Shown: positions 44,405-54,388, counted from the first letter of the stretch. The stretch is DNA of 60,930 nt from Actinomycetales bacterium (GCA_038242035.1 JBBSSN010000001.1:1-60930); one strand, 5' to 3'. A program made the numbers and translations. The notes: generated by a model from the letters alone, not told the origin.

Positions 44405-45526
44405 ATGACGCAAAGTGTAGGTTTCGTGGGATGGCGCGGCATGGTTGGGTCCGTTCTGATGCAGCGCATGCAGGACGAGGGCGATTTTGCCGGCCTTGAT
44501 CCCGTGTTCTTCTCCACTTCCAATGCGGGAGGCCCCGTTCCGGCGTTCGCCGACGGCGCCGGGCCGCTGGCGGACGCGTACGATACCCAGACACTGGCCA
44601 AATTACCGATCATTGTCACGGCGCAGGGCGGCGGCTATACCTCAGACGTCCACTCTCGGTTGCGCGCGGCCGGCTGGGATGGGCTGTGGATCGACGCAGC
44701 CTCGACGCTACGGATGGAGGACGATTCGATCGTTGTGCTTGATCCGGTGAACCGGGAAGCCATCGATACGGGGCTGGCCGGCGGCGTCCGTGACTTCATT
44801 GGCGGGAACTGCACCGTTTCCTGCATGCTGATGGGACTCGGCGGCCTTTTCCGTAACGGCTTGGTTCAGTGGGGCACCTCGATGACCTATCAGGCCGCTT
44901 CCGGTGGGGGCGCCCGGCATATGCGTGAACTACTCAACCAGTTCGGTGCGCTGCAGGGGGCTGTGTCATCCGAGCTGCAGAACTCCTCGTCGGCGATACT
45001 GGACATTGACCGGGCCGTGCTGGCCGAGCAGCAGAACCCGCAGCTCGATTCTTCCCAATTCGGGGTGCCGCTGGCCGGGTCTCTGATCCCCTGGATCGAT
45101 GCGGACATGGGCAATGGCCAATCCAAGGAGGAATGGAAGAACGGCGCGGAAACGAACAAGATCCTGGGTACTGGCGCTGAGAATCGGGTCCTGATGGACG
45201 GACTGTGCATCAGGATTGGCGCCATGCGCTCACATTCCCAGGCCCTGACGCTGAAGCTGCGCGAGGACCTCCCGGTGTCCGAGATTGAGTCCCTCATCGG
45301 CGCTGACAATCAGTGGGTCAAGGTCATTCCCAACACCAAGGAAGCGTCCATGCACGGCCTCACCCCGGTGGCTGCTTCCGGAACACTGGACATCCCGGTG
45401 GGGCGTATCCGCAAGTTGGAGATGGGCCCGCAGTACATCAGTGCGTTCACGGTAGGCGATCAGCTCCTCTGGGGGGCCGCCGAGCCGCTTCGCCGCATGC
45501 TGAACATCGCCACCGGGAAGCTTTAG
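44405..45526 (+). CDS. asd: Aspartate-semialdehyde dehydrogenase (E. coli-type)
   Basis: [51 protein letters not shown]; TAAACT -10 6 nt before ATG. Confidence 0.97.
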   Translation: MTQSVGFVGWRGMVGSVLMQRMQDEGDFAGLDPVFFSTSNAGGPVPAFADGAGPLADAYDTQTLAKLPIIVTAQGGGYTSDVHSRLRAAGWDGLWIDAASTLRMEDDSIVVLDPVNREAIDTGLAGGVRDFIGGNCTVSCMLMGLGGLFRNGLVQWGTSMTYQAASGGGARHMRELLNQFGALQGAVSSELQNSSSAILDIDRAVLAEQQNPQLDSSQFGVPLAGSLIPWIDADMGNGQSKEEWKNGAETNKILGTGAENRVLMDGLCIRIGAMRSHSQALTLKLREDLPVSEIESLIGADNQWVKVIPNTKEASMHGLTPVAASGTLDIPVGRIRKLEMGPQYISAFTVGDQLLWGAAEPLRRMLNIATGKL

Positions 45527-45625
45527 CCAACGGCCAGCGCTCCGCTGCCCGGGTGGTCCCCCGCCCGCACCTCGCCCTGACGAAGGGGCTGCCCCACGAA
45601 AACGATGACGCGCCGCCCCTTCCTC

Positions 45626-45711
45626 GCGGGCGAGCCCCTTAGCCGCGGCCCAGCCCCGGTTTCACGGAGCGGGCGAGCCCCTTCGCCGCGGGCATGCCCC
45701 GGTTTCACGGA
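45626..45711. repeat. 2 x 43-bp tandem repeat between asd and AlkZ-like gene
   Basis: Units 45626-45668 and 45669-45711, four mismatches. Confidence 0.85.
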
Positions 45712-45747
45712 GCAGGCGGCGCCGACTTTCGCGGCCCGGCCCCGTCC

Positions 45748-46944
45748 TCAGATGTCCGCCGGGGAGAGAAAACGGGCGTAGCCGGCCGTGGCTTTGGCAT
45801 AGGCCCGCTGCTGAGCCGGCGAGAGGTCATGGAACAGGGAGGCTTCGACGACGTTGGGCGGACCTAAGCTCTCGCCCGGGCGCCGGGCCCTGCGCCACGT
45901 TCCCGCCACTGTGCCGCCGGTGACAACGGTGGGCTTGAACATCCCGTTATTGCCCGGCACGATGAACGCGGCATGCTCCGCGCCCAGAGCCGCACTGCGG
46001 TCCGTATACCCGAGCAGGAGCTCGTCGAAGCCCGGCAAGAGGAGCACCGAACGCGTTCCCGGAAGCTCGCGGCCTGGCCGCAGATCCCTTCCGGTGATCA
46101 GATCCGCCGTTTCCCGTGACATCCAGTAGTGAGAACCATCGACGTCCATGGGCAGGAGCTGATTCTTCACCCTGTCCAGGCCGGCCGTGGCATCTTTGAG
46201 CGGTAGCTTCGTCCACCAGCAGAAGTCCTTGACAGTGGCGGGACCATGACTGTTGAAATACCGCAATACCAGTTCGGCCAACCCTTCGTCCCGCTCCAGG
46301 ACACGCGGATGACGTACCCAACTGTCCAGCAGCACGAATTTCTGCCCTTTGCCGTCACTTGGCCCCTGCACCAATGTGCCGGTCAGGCTCAGCAGCCACA
46401 GAAGGTGGATGCCGCGCTGGTTTTCTGTCGGTTGGCCCGCACGCCGGAACGCGGCGAGGATTTCGTCGCGGGAAGCGGAGGTGGGAGGTGTAGCGGTAAC
46501 CGCCGACACGCAGCCCGGCAATGCTTGGTTGGCCGCGAACAGCGCAAGCGCGGCGTTGCGCGCTGTCTCGAGATCCGCCGTCGTAATTTCCAATTGACGG
46601 TGCCGCCCGGCCATCCCGGCAATCATCCGCTCGGACGTCAAGGCCAAAATCCAGCCAAGGTCCTCCGCCGCACACAGATGCAGGGTCCCCCGCATCGGCC
46701 AGGAGCGGACAACGGCGCCGGAGTCCAGCGCGGCCCGGACATCCGTCAAGGTGGAACCGGGGACCCGCAGCCCCACGGACCAAAGAGCTCCGGGGAGATC
46801 CTGCCCCTGCATGGCCGTCATCCACCGCACCGCCTCGAGCGGCGTATCAAAGGAACTGCCGACCAACCGCTGGCCGGAGAGCCTGAGCCGGGCGAGCATG
46901 GCCGGCGCTACCCGCGGCACGCGGTGCGTTGGACCTTGCGTCAT
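45748..46944 (-). CDS. AlkZ/YcaQ-like winged-helix DNA glycosylase (HTH_42)
   Basis: MQGQD (QxQ), MRGTLH, RYFNSHGPAT..DFCWW, LLPGFDE.LLGY, GTW; start uncertain (46944-46965), TATGAT -10 7 nt before ATG 46944. Confidence 0.85.
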   Translation of the reverse strand: MTQGPTHRVPRVAPAMLARLRLSGQRLVGSSFDTPLEAVRWMTAMQGQDLPGALWSVGLRVPGSTLTDVRAALDSGAVVRSWPMRGTLHLCAAEDLGWILALTSERMIAGMAGRHRQLEITTADLETARNAALALFAANQALPGCVSAVTATPPTSASRDEILAAFRRAGQPTENQRGIHLLWLLSLTGTLVQGPSDGKGQKFVLLDSWVRHPRVLERDEGLAELVLRYFNSHGPATVKDFCWWTKLPLKDATAGLDRVKNQLLPMDVDGSHYWMSRETADLITGRDLRPGRELPGTRSVLLLPGFDELLLGYTDRSAALGAEHAAFIVPGNNGMFKPTVVTGGTVAGTWRRARRPGESLGPPNVVEASLFHDLSPAQQRAYAKATAGYARFLSPADI

Positions 46945-46977
46945 CTGTTGCATCATAGCCCGCACCGCTTAAACGCG

Positions 46978-47040
46978 AATCTGAGGTGCCTGCGATGGGG
47001 CCGTTTGGGGGAAACGGCCCCATCGCGGGCACCTCAGATT
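46978..47040. terminator. 63-bp stem-loop 3' of desaturase
   Basis: 29-bp arms with one mismatch around a GGGGG loop (CCCCC on minus strand). Confidence 0.75.
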
Positions 47041-47071
47041 TGAAAAGAGCGGCGCGTTGGGTGGCGGTTTG

Positions 47072-48175
47072 CTAGCGGGCGGAGCGCATGTTCGCGGTGA
47101 TCGGGCACTCGAACGGATCGCGCTGACCCAGGCCCACCCGGTTCAGGTACTTCATTACGATCATGTACGACTGACCCAGCGTGGTTTCCGTGTAATTGAT
47201 GTTGCGCTCGGCGCAGTACTGCCGGACCATCGGCTGCACCAGCTTCAGATTCTTCGAGGACATGGTGGGGAAGAGGTGATGCTCAATCTGGTAATTCAGG
47301 CCCCCCATGCCCTTGTCCACCCACCAGCCGCCGGAAATGTTGCGGCTCATCAGCGTCTGGCGGCGCATAAAGTCAATCTTGACGTCCTTGGGAACCAGCG
47401 GCATCCCCTTGTGGTTCGGCGCGAAGGAGCCACCGAAATAGACGCCGAAGGTGGCCAGGTGCACCACCATGAAGGCCAGCGCGATCCACGGTCCCATCAC
47501 GAAGAACGCGGCAACCGGCACACCGATCAGTCGAACGGCCAGCAGCGCGATTTCGGCCTTACGGGCGGGCACTATTTCGTTTTTGTTGAACACCCGGCGG
47601 ATGGCCGACATGTGCAGGTCCAGGGCCACCAGCGTCAGCAGCGGGAAGAAGAACGTGCCCTGATGGGCAGCAAACCACTTACCGAAGCCCTTGCGCTGGG
47701 CCGCATCCTCCGGATTGAAGATGACGGCCCCGGTGGCGATGTCATCGTCCTTGCCGATCTTGTTCGGGTTCGCATGGTGCTTGCCGTGCTTATTCATCCA
47801 CCAGCCGTAGCTGAGCCCGACAAATAGATTCCCGACGATCCTTCCGGTCCATTCGTTTTTCTTGGCGGAGGCGAAGATCTGGCGGTGCGCGGCGTCGTGG
47901 GCCAGAAAGCCCGCCTGCCCCAGCAGGAAGGAGAAGATAACGGCCGTTAACAGCTGCCACCAGCTCTGCCCCAGCAGCACAAACATCACGCCCGTGCCGG
48001 CGAAGCCGAGGCCAAGGCGGATCATCCGCCAGGCGTACCAGGAGATGTCCCGCTTCATCAGACCTGCGGCACGGACCTCCTCCGCTAAGGCAATAAAGTC
48101 AGTGACATGGCGGTCCCTTGCCGGCCGGGCAGCCCGCGGGGACCGTACCGGACTTTCAACGGTGGCAGATGACAT
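47072..48175 (-). CDS. Membrane fatty acid (acyl-CoA) desaturase, delta-6-like
   Basis: His boxes HDAAH, HGKHH, QIEHH; start ATG 48175 after GAAGGG. Confidence 0.92.
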   Translation of the reverse strand: MSSATVESPVRSPRAARPARDRHVTDFIALAEEVRAAGLMKRDISWYAWRMIRLGLGFAGTGVMFVLLGQSWWQLLTAVIFSFLLGQAGFLAHDAAHRQIFASAKKNEWTGRIVGNLFVGLSYGWWMNKHGKHHANPNKIGKDDDIATGAVIFNPEDAAQRKGFGKWFAAHQGTFFFPLLTLVALDLHMSAIRRVFNKNEIVPARKAEIALLAVRLIGVPVAAFFVMGPWIALAFMVVHLATFGVYFGGSFAPNHKGMPLVPKDVKIDFMRRQTLMSRNISGGWWVDKGMGGLNYQIEHHLFPTMSSKNLKLVQPMVRQYCAERNINYTETTLGQSYMIVMKYLNRVGLGQRDPFECPITANMRSAR

Positions 48176-48307
48176 GTGAATGACCCTTCGAAGATGTATT
48201 TCCTGATCTTCCTTCACACTACGGAGCCGGTACCGGCGTGCACATCACCCGCCGGAACCGTCTCGGGCCCCTACGGGAGTACGGGGTGGGCTGCAGCAGC
48301 CGGGTTT

Positions 48308-49387
48308 CTAGAGCGAGCAGCCGATCAACAGCGGCTCGGGCTCCAACGTAATGCCGAACTTCGCCGCCACGCCCGCCCGGACAGCCCTGGCCACGGCCAG
48401 CACATCCTGCGTGCGGGCAGTCCCACGGTTGGTGATGGCGAGGGTGTGTTTGGTGGACAGGGCGGCGCGTCCGTCCGAAACGCTGCCCGGTTCCAGCCCG
48501 AAACCTTTGGTAAACCCCGACCGGTCAATCAGCCAGGCGGCGCTGAGTTTCACCAAACCGGCATCCGGCGCGGGATATTTCGGTGCATCAGCCGGCAGCA
48601 GGCGGGCCACGTCCACCGTGACCAGGGGATTGGTGAAAAACGAGCCCGTTGACCAGGTATCGCGGTCACCGGCATCCAGGACCATGCCTTTGCCTGCCCG
48701 CAGCGCCAGCACCTCGCGCCGGACGTCCAGCGAGTAGGCCCGTTTGCCGACCTCCACACCGAGCACCCGGGCCAGCTCGGTATACCTGATGGGAGCACTC
48801 ATCTGGCCCAATGCCAGCTGAAACTCAACGGTCAAAACGACGTAACGCGGGGATCCCGCCGTCGTACTTTGTTTAAGAATGGAATCCCGGTAGCCGAACT
48901 TCAGCTCCGCGTGTGTGAACGTCTGGACCGCGTTCCGCAGCCGGTCCCAGACCCGGACGGAGGCGATGGTCTGTGACACGTCTTCCCCATACGCACCCAC
49001 GTTCTGCACCGGGGTGGCACCGGTGAGTCCGGGAATCCCGGAAAGAGCCTCGATCCCGCTCCACGCGTGCAGTACGGCGGTGTGGACCAGCTCGTCAAAA
49101 TTGTGGCCGGCCTGGACGACGACGGACACGCCGCCGCAGCTGTCCTCGGACGCCACTGTATACCCGCTGCTGGCAATGCGCAGGACCGTTCCGGGGAAAC
49201 CGTCATCGGCGATCACCAGATTCGAGCCGCCGCCGACGATCAGCAGCGCCTCGCCGTCGTCGTCGGCTTTGCGGACTGAATCGATAATGTCCTGTTCCGA
49301 AAAGGCCTCGGTCAGCGACCCTGCCGCACCGCCGGTACCAAGTGTCGTCAGTGAGCTCAGAAGCTTCTGCTCAGTCAAAGGTGTCAC
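48308..49387 (-). CDS. murB: UDP-N-acetylenolpyruvoylglucosamine reductase
   Basis: GGGSNL, GIPG..GATPVQNVGAYG, FGYRDS, GSFFTNP, KHTL, LEPEP. Confidence 0.96.
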   Translation of the reverse strand: MTPLTEQKLLSSLTTLGTGGAAGSLTEAFSEQDIIDSVRKADDDGEALLIVGGGSNLVIADDGFPGTVLRIASSGYTVASEDSCGGVSVVVQAGHNFDELVHTAVLHAWSGIEALSGIPGLTGATPVQNVGAYGEDVSQTIASVRVWDRLRNAVQTFTHAELKFGYRDSILKQSTTAGSPRYVVLTVEFQLALGQMSAPIRYTELARVLGVEVGKRAYSLDVRREVLALRAGKGMVLDAGDRDTWSTGSFFTNPLVTVDVARLLPADAPKYPAPDAGLVKLSAAWLIDRSGFTKGFGLEPGSVSDGRAALSTKHTLAITNRGTARTQDVLAVARAVRAGVAAKFGITLEPEPLLIGCSL

Positions 49388-49396
49388 GCGTCCAGC

Positions 49397-50788
49397 CTAT
49401 CCGCCTCGGACCGTGGCGGATGCCTGCGCCGGTTCGGGCCTGCGCACGACGGGGGTGAGGAAGAAACTCACGGCCAGCAGCACCAGCACGGCCAGCAGCG
49501 AGTGCAGGACGCCCACATGCTCGGCCAGCAGACCCAGCAGCGGTGGACCGCACAAGAACGCACCATAGCCGATGGTGGAGACAACGGATACTCGGGCGGC
49601 AGCCTTCTCGGGGTCATCGGCTGCCGCGGACATTCCCACCGGAAAGCCCAGTGAGGCGCCGAGTCCCCAGACCACCAGCGCAAGCATGGCCAGCTGCTGC
49701 GACGGTGCAAACACGAACAGGGCGAGACCGGCAAAGGCGAGCGCGGCGCAGACGCGCAACACGGCGACCCGGCCCCACCGATCCAGCACAATCGTCCCGG
49801 CGAACCGGCCCAGCATCATGGCGGTGACAAATATGCCGTATCCCAACGCGCCCGTCGCGTTCGTCGCCCCGTAGCCGTCGGCAAGAGCCAGTGCGACCCA
49901 GTCTCCCGCCGACCCTTCGGCCAGGGTTAGCCCGAGGACCAGCAGCCCGATCAGCAGGGTTCGGCGTTCGCGCCATGCCGCGGCGACGCGCCGTCGGCCG
50001 TCCAGCACCTTTGGGTTGCCGGCGGCGGGCGTGGACGTCGGGGTGCCCGCCGGCACGAGTGTGATTGGCCCGGTGGCCGGGTCGATGTTGATGTCCGATT
50101 GGCTGCCCGGGATACCGTCCGAAAGGACCGACGCCGCTTCCGCGTAGTTAACAGTCGGGATCCACGCGTCTGCGCGAAAGAACCGGGAGCCGGCCCACAC
50201 GGAGGCCACGACCACGACGGCGGTGGCCAGGAAGTGCCACAGGACCGGCACCTGCAGGCCCGCGGCGAGCGCGCTGAGCCCGGCCCCCGCCACTGTCCCG
50301 GCGCTGAACGATCCGTGCAGCCGCGGCATAATGTGCCGTTTGAGCGCACGTTCCACCGCCGCGCCTTCGACATTGGAGGCCGTATTCCACGACGCAGTGC
50401 CCAACCCGATCACCGCCAGACCCGCCCCCACGGCAGCAACGCTACCGAGAACCGTGGCTCCAAAGCCGGCCAGCAGCATACCGGTTCCGAGCACTGCACT
50501 GCCGGCCTTAATGGTCCGCCGGGACCCCAGCCGCAACACCACCAAGCCGGAAACGGTCACCGAGGCGAAAGAGCCAACGGTCATGCACAACAGCAGCAGC
50601 CCGACGCTGCCGGGAGTCAGGTGGAGGCTGTCCCGAATAGCAGGGATGCGTGCCACCCAGGATGCAAAGGCCAGCCCGGACGCCGCGTAGGCCACCACCA
50701 CGGCGTTGCGCCAGTGCATGACCGCGCGCGGCGGGATATGGCGCTGGAAATCGTGCGACGGAGACTCCTGCGGTGAAACGTCCCTCAC
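49397..50788 (-). CDS. MFS transporter
   Basis: About 12 hydrophobic segments; SWVARIPAIR, IMPRLHG, EGSAGDW, DRWGR, IGYGAFLCGPP; GTGA overlap with upstream dehydratase. Confidence 0.88.
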   Translation of the reverse strand: MRDVSPQESPSHDFQRHIPPRAVMHWRNAVVVAYAASGLAFASWVARIPAIRDSLHLTPGSVGLLLLCMTVGSFASVTVSGLVVLRLGSRRTIKAGSAVLGTGMLLAGFGATVLGSVAAVGAGLAVIGLGTASWNTASNVEGAAVERALKRHIMPRLHGSFSAGTVAGAGLSALAAGLQVPVLWHFLATAVVVVASVWAGSRFFRADAWIPTVNYAEAASVLSDGIPGSQSDINIDPATGPITLVPAGTPTSTPAAGNPKVLDGRRRVAAAWRERRTLLIGLLVLGLTLAEGSAGDWVALALADGYGATNATGALGYGIFVTAMMLGRFAGTIVLDRWGRVAVLRVCAALAFAGLALFVFAPSQQLAMLALVVWGLGASLGFPVGMSAAADDPEKAAARVSVVSTIGYGAFLCGPPLLGLLAEHVGVLHSLLAVLVLLAVSFFLTPVVRRPEPAQASATVRGG

Positions 50789-51204
50789 GCCACCTTGACC
50801 ACTGCCTGTGCCTTGACGAGGACTTTTTGGCCGCCGCTGCTCACCGTCAGGTCCACCCGTGCGGTCGACTGCTCCGCATCGAGGGCACCGATAACGCCGA
50901 CGACGGCGATTTGGGCTCCGGCGTCCGTGTCCGGTACCGGAACCGGCCGGGTGAACCGGGTCTGGTAGTCCAGCACGGCGCCCGGATCCCCTGCCCAGTC
51001 CGTCACCAGCTGGACTGCGGCGCCCATGGTGAACATACCGTGCGCGATCACGCCGGGCAGCTCGACGTCCCGGGCAACGCGCTCGTTGAAGTGAATGGGG
51101 TTGAAATCCCCGGAGGCTCCGGCGTAGCGGACCAGATCGGCTCTGCTGACGCTGATCGTGCGGGAGCCAATTTCCTGGCCAATGGAGAGCGATGAAAAAT
51201 TCAT
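50785..51204 (-). CDS. MaoC-family (HadB-like) hydratase/dehydratase
   Basis: Hydratase-2 motif YAGASGDFNPIH and IAHGM. Confidence 0.93.
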   Translation of the reverse strand: MNFSSLSIGQEIGSRTISVSRADLVRYAGASGDFNPIHFNERVARDVELPGVIAHGMFTMGAAVQLVTDWAGDPGAVLDYQTRFTRPVPVPDTDAGAQIAVVGVIGALDAEQSTARVDLTVSSGGQKVLVKAQAVVKVA

Positions 51205-51653
51205 TACTGCCCCTCTCCCCGGACCAGGATGGCCGATCTCGTCGTAGCCACCGGATCTCCGTCGCTGCTGGTGATTTCCGCCCGAGTGCTGATCATGGCT
51301 CCGCCGCCCATCGCGCGGACAGCGTCAACGTGCAGGGCCGCCACCAGTTTGTCCCCGGCCACGATCGGCCGGTGATGGGTGAAGCGCTGTTCGGCATGCA
51401 CCACGCGGGAAAAGTCAATGCCCGAGGTGGGATCCTCGATCAACCGTGCGTCGGCACGCTGCGCCACAATGATGGCGAAGGTCGGAGGTGCCAGCAGATC
51501 GGCATGGCCGAGTTCCCGGGCCGCTGCAACGTCAAAGTGTGCTGGATGCGTTGCCTTGACCGCCAGCGCGAACTCGCGGATTTTTTCTCGGCCGACCTCA
51601 TACACCGGACCCGCCGGGTAGCTGCGGCCCTGGAGGTCCGGATTAATACTCAT
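51204..51653 (-). CDS. HadA-like hotdog-fold dehydratase subunit
   Basis: YEVGREKIREFA, APPTF, VVHAEQRF; TAATG overlap with MaoC gene; TAGTGT -10 6 nt before ATG. Confidence 0.88.
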   Translation of the reverse strand: MSINPDLQGRSYPAGPVYEVGREKIREFALAVKATHPAHFDVAAARELGHADLLAPPTFAIIVAQRADARLIEDPTSGIDFSRVVHAEQRFTHHRPIVAGDKLVAALHVDAVRAMGGGAMISTRAEITSSDGDPVATTRSAILVRGEGQ

Positions 51654-51787
51654 ACTCCAACACTAGCGGGCATTCTTTGTTAGTTCTCAGAGCACCCGCT
51701 ACGGCATCAGCTCATCGTGGCCGCACCACCAAAAGACCAGTGCACCTGCTGCAGCGGCCGCGCTCGTCTACAACGGGTGCGGCATCG

Positions 51788-54388
51788 TCAGCCGGGAGAG
51801 CGTTCGACGTCCTTCGGGTCCTTGTCCAGCCGCCAGCCACGCCACACCGGATGGCGGAGTCGGCCGGTGCCCGTCCATTCCGTATATTCCACCTCACCGA
51901 CCAGCTTCGGGGTCACCCAGGTCGCATCCGCGGCGTCCGCCCGCGGGACGTCGTCGAACGGTGTTGTTTTACGGTGCAGACGGGATAATTCCACCGTCAG
52001 CTCCGCCAGCTCGTTGTCACTGAAACCGCTGCCCACCCGGCCGGCGTACTTGAGGGAACGGCCGTAGGGGATCCCCACCAGCAGCGAACCCACGGCGCCT
52101 TCGCGCCGCCCCCTGCCCGGCCGCCAGCCGCCGACCACCACTTCCTGGGCATGTTGGTGCCTGATTTTGATCCAGCCGGGGCTGCGCGTGCCTGGCTCAT
52201 ATCGACTGCCGGACTTCTTGGCCAGGATCCCTTCAAGCCCCAGCTCCGAGCTGCTCGCCAGGGCCTGGGCGGGCGAGAGGTCCAGCAGCGGCGAGAGCTG
52301 GATGCGGCCTTCGCTGTCCGCAGGCAGCACACTCTCCAGCCGGCGTCGGCGCTGAGACAGGTCCTGGCCCGTCAGCCGCTCACCGTCTATGTAAAGCAGG
52401 TCAAAGACCATCAGGTGGACGGGGATCTCACGTTGTGCCCGTGCGATGTCCGCGGGTCGCGTGAGTTTCATCCTGCCCTGCAGCAGCCCAAAGTCCGGCC
52501 GGCCGGAGGCGTTAAGCGCCACGATTTCCCCGTCCAGTACGGCATCGCCGGCGTCCACGAGGTCTGCGAGCTCAGCCAGCTCCGGATAGACAGTGCTCAT
52601 GTCCTTGTCATTGCGGCTGGTAAGTGTGACTTTTCCCGCGTGCACCGCCGCTATGGCCCGCACGCCGTCCCACTTCATCTCCAGCAGCCAGTCCTCGTCC
52701 GCGCCCAGTTCCTGCACGGAGCCTGCCGTCGCCAGCATCGGCGCGATCGACGGGACGGCCGTCCGCTTTGTCGCGGGCTTTTTGGTTGCCGCGGCCTTCT
52801 TGGCTGCTTCAGCGCGAACGGGGGCATCAGCGCGCTTGGCGGCATCAGCGCGCTTGGGTGCTTCCTGCGCCGCGTCCGCTCCGGAGCCCACGGGTTGGTC
52901 CTTCATCAAATGGATCAGCCAGTTATTCTCCGCCCTGCCGTTGCCGCCGGTATGGATCAGGGCATATTTCCGCACGCCTCCCAGCCCGCCGTCCGGCCGG
53001 CCGGTGAGAGTGGCAATGACCTCCTTGCCGTCCCGCCATTTTTCCTCCTGATAACTGCCGGCGTCCCAGATGGCCACTTCGCCGCCGCCATATTGGCCCT
53101 TGGGAATAGTCCCCGCGAAGGAGCCGTACTCGAGCGGATGATCCTCCGTCTGGACGGCCAAATGGTTCTTCCCAGTCGATTCCGGCACACCCTTGGGCAG
53201 CGCCCACGAGACCAGGACCCCATGACGCTCCAGCCGGAAATCCCAGTGCAACCGGCTGGCATGGTGCTCCTGAATAACAAAGCTCCGCCCTTCGGTGGCG
53301 GCGGCCCTTTCGGCAGGCACCGGTTCAGGAGTCTGCCCGGCGTCCCGCATACTGCGGTATTTGACCAGTCTGTCCGCTGCCGCGTCCGCTCCGCTGCCGG
53401 CGCGTCCCTGCCTGCCGCCGTCGCCCGCCTTCGGCTCCGTAACAGCAACGGATCCTGGCTGCTCCGCCAGCGCGGCCATTGGATCGGAGCGCTTTTTGAT
53501 CCGCCGCAGCACTTCTTTGTAGTCCAACTGGGCCAGAGATGGCGACGCCAGCTCCCGCCAGGAACGCGGGTACGCGACCATGGGCTCAAACGTACCGCGC
53601 AACGAGTACGGCGCAATGGTGGTCTTCGCCGCGTTATTTTGGCTCCAATCCACCAGCACCTTGCCCCGGCGCAGGGATTTCTTCATGTCGCTGACCACCA
53701 GGTCCGGATGATCCGCCTCCAGAGCGCGTGCCAGCTCATGTGCGAAAGCGGAAATTTTGTCCGCGGTCCGCGTGCCGTCCAGCCCGGCATAAAGGTGAAT
53801 ACCCTTGCTGCCGCTGGTCACGGGCACGGGAACCAATCCCATATCCGTCAGAATCGCCCGGGCCAGCTTTGCCACCTGCACGCATTCGGCCAGCCCCGTT
53901 CCCTCCCCCGGATCCAGATCCAGCACCAGCCGGTCCGGGTTCTCGACCTCGCCATCGGGCCCGAAACGCCATTGCGGCACGTGGATTTCCAGCGCCGCGA
54001 TCTGCGCCAGCCAGGTCAGCGTTGCGGCATCGTTGACCAAGGGGTACCCGTTTGTATGTTCCTTGTGCTCGATGCTGCCGCACGGGATCCACTCCGGGGC
54101 AGACTCCTCGAGATTCTTCTGGAAGAACATCTGGCCCGGATGTTCTTCTGTGCCGACTCCATGGACCCACCGTTTCCGCGTGGCGGGCCTGTCCTTCGCG
54201 GACGCAATCAGCAACGGCGCCACCTGGGAGTAATAAGCGATCACGTCGCCCTTGGTGGTCCCGGTCTGCGGATACAACACCTTGTCCAGATTCGTCAGCG
54301 TAAGCCTGCGGCCGGCGACGTTCACCACCTGCTGATTCGGAATATTGTTCGGATTCTTGTTCCGCGCCGAGTCCTGGGGACGTGTCAT
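51788..54388 (-). CDS. ligD: NHEJ multifunctional ligase LigD (polymerase-phosphoesterase-ligase)
   Basis: POL: TNLDKVLYP, FFQKN, DLDP, SGSKGIH; PE: IQEHHA..HWDFRLE, EDHP.EY; LIG: EMKWDG, DGE, EG.LAK; start ATG 54388. Confidence 0.96.
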   Translation of the reverse strand: MTRPQDSARNKNPNNIPNQQVVNVAGRRLTLTNLDKVLYPQTGTTKGDVIAYYSQVAPLLIASAKDRPATRKRWVHGVGTEEHPGQMFFQKNLEESAPEWIPCGSIEHKEHTNGYPLVNDAATLTWLAQIAALEIHVPQWRFGPDGEVENPDRLVLDLDPGEGTGLAECVQVAKLARAILTDMGLVPVPVTSGSKGIHLYAGLDGTRTADKISAFAHELARALEADHPDLVVSDMKKSLRRGKVLVDWSQNNAAKTTIAPYSLRGTFEPMVAYPRSWRELASPSLAQLDYKEVLRRIKKRSDPMAALAEQPGSVAVTEPKAGDGGRQGRAGSGADAAADRLVKYRSMRDAGQTPEPVPAERAAATEGRSFVIQEHHASRLHWDFRLERHGVLVSWALPKGVPESTGKNHLAVQTEDHPLEYGSFAGTIPKGQYGGGEVAIWDAGSYQEEKWRDGKEVIATLTGRPDGGLGGVRKYALIHTGGNGRAENNWLIHLMKDQPVGSGADAAQEAPKRADAAKRADAPVRAEAAKKAAATKKPATKRTAVPSIAPMLATAGSVQELGADEDWLLEMKWDGVRAIAAVHAGKVTLTSRNDKDMSTVYPELAELADLVDAGDAVLDGEIVALNASGRPDFGLLQGRMKLTRPADIARAQREIPVHLMVFDLLYIDGERLTGQDLSQRRRRLESVLPADSEGRIQLSPLLDLSPAQALASSSELGLEGILAKKSGSRYEPGTRSPGWIKIRHQHAQEVVVGGWRPGRGRREGAVGSLLVGIPYGRSLKYAGRVGSGFSDNELAELTVELSRLHRKTTPFDDVPRADAADATWVTPKLVGEVEYTEWTGTGRLRHPVWRGWRLDKDPKDVERSPG

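Noticed and set aside
50785-51653. hadAB-like pair as evidence of mycolic-acid FAS-II
   Set aside because: This hotdog pair is widespread in non-mycolate Actinobacteria; no other mycolate genes in the window
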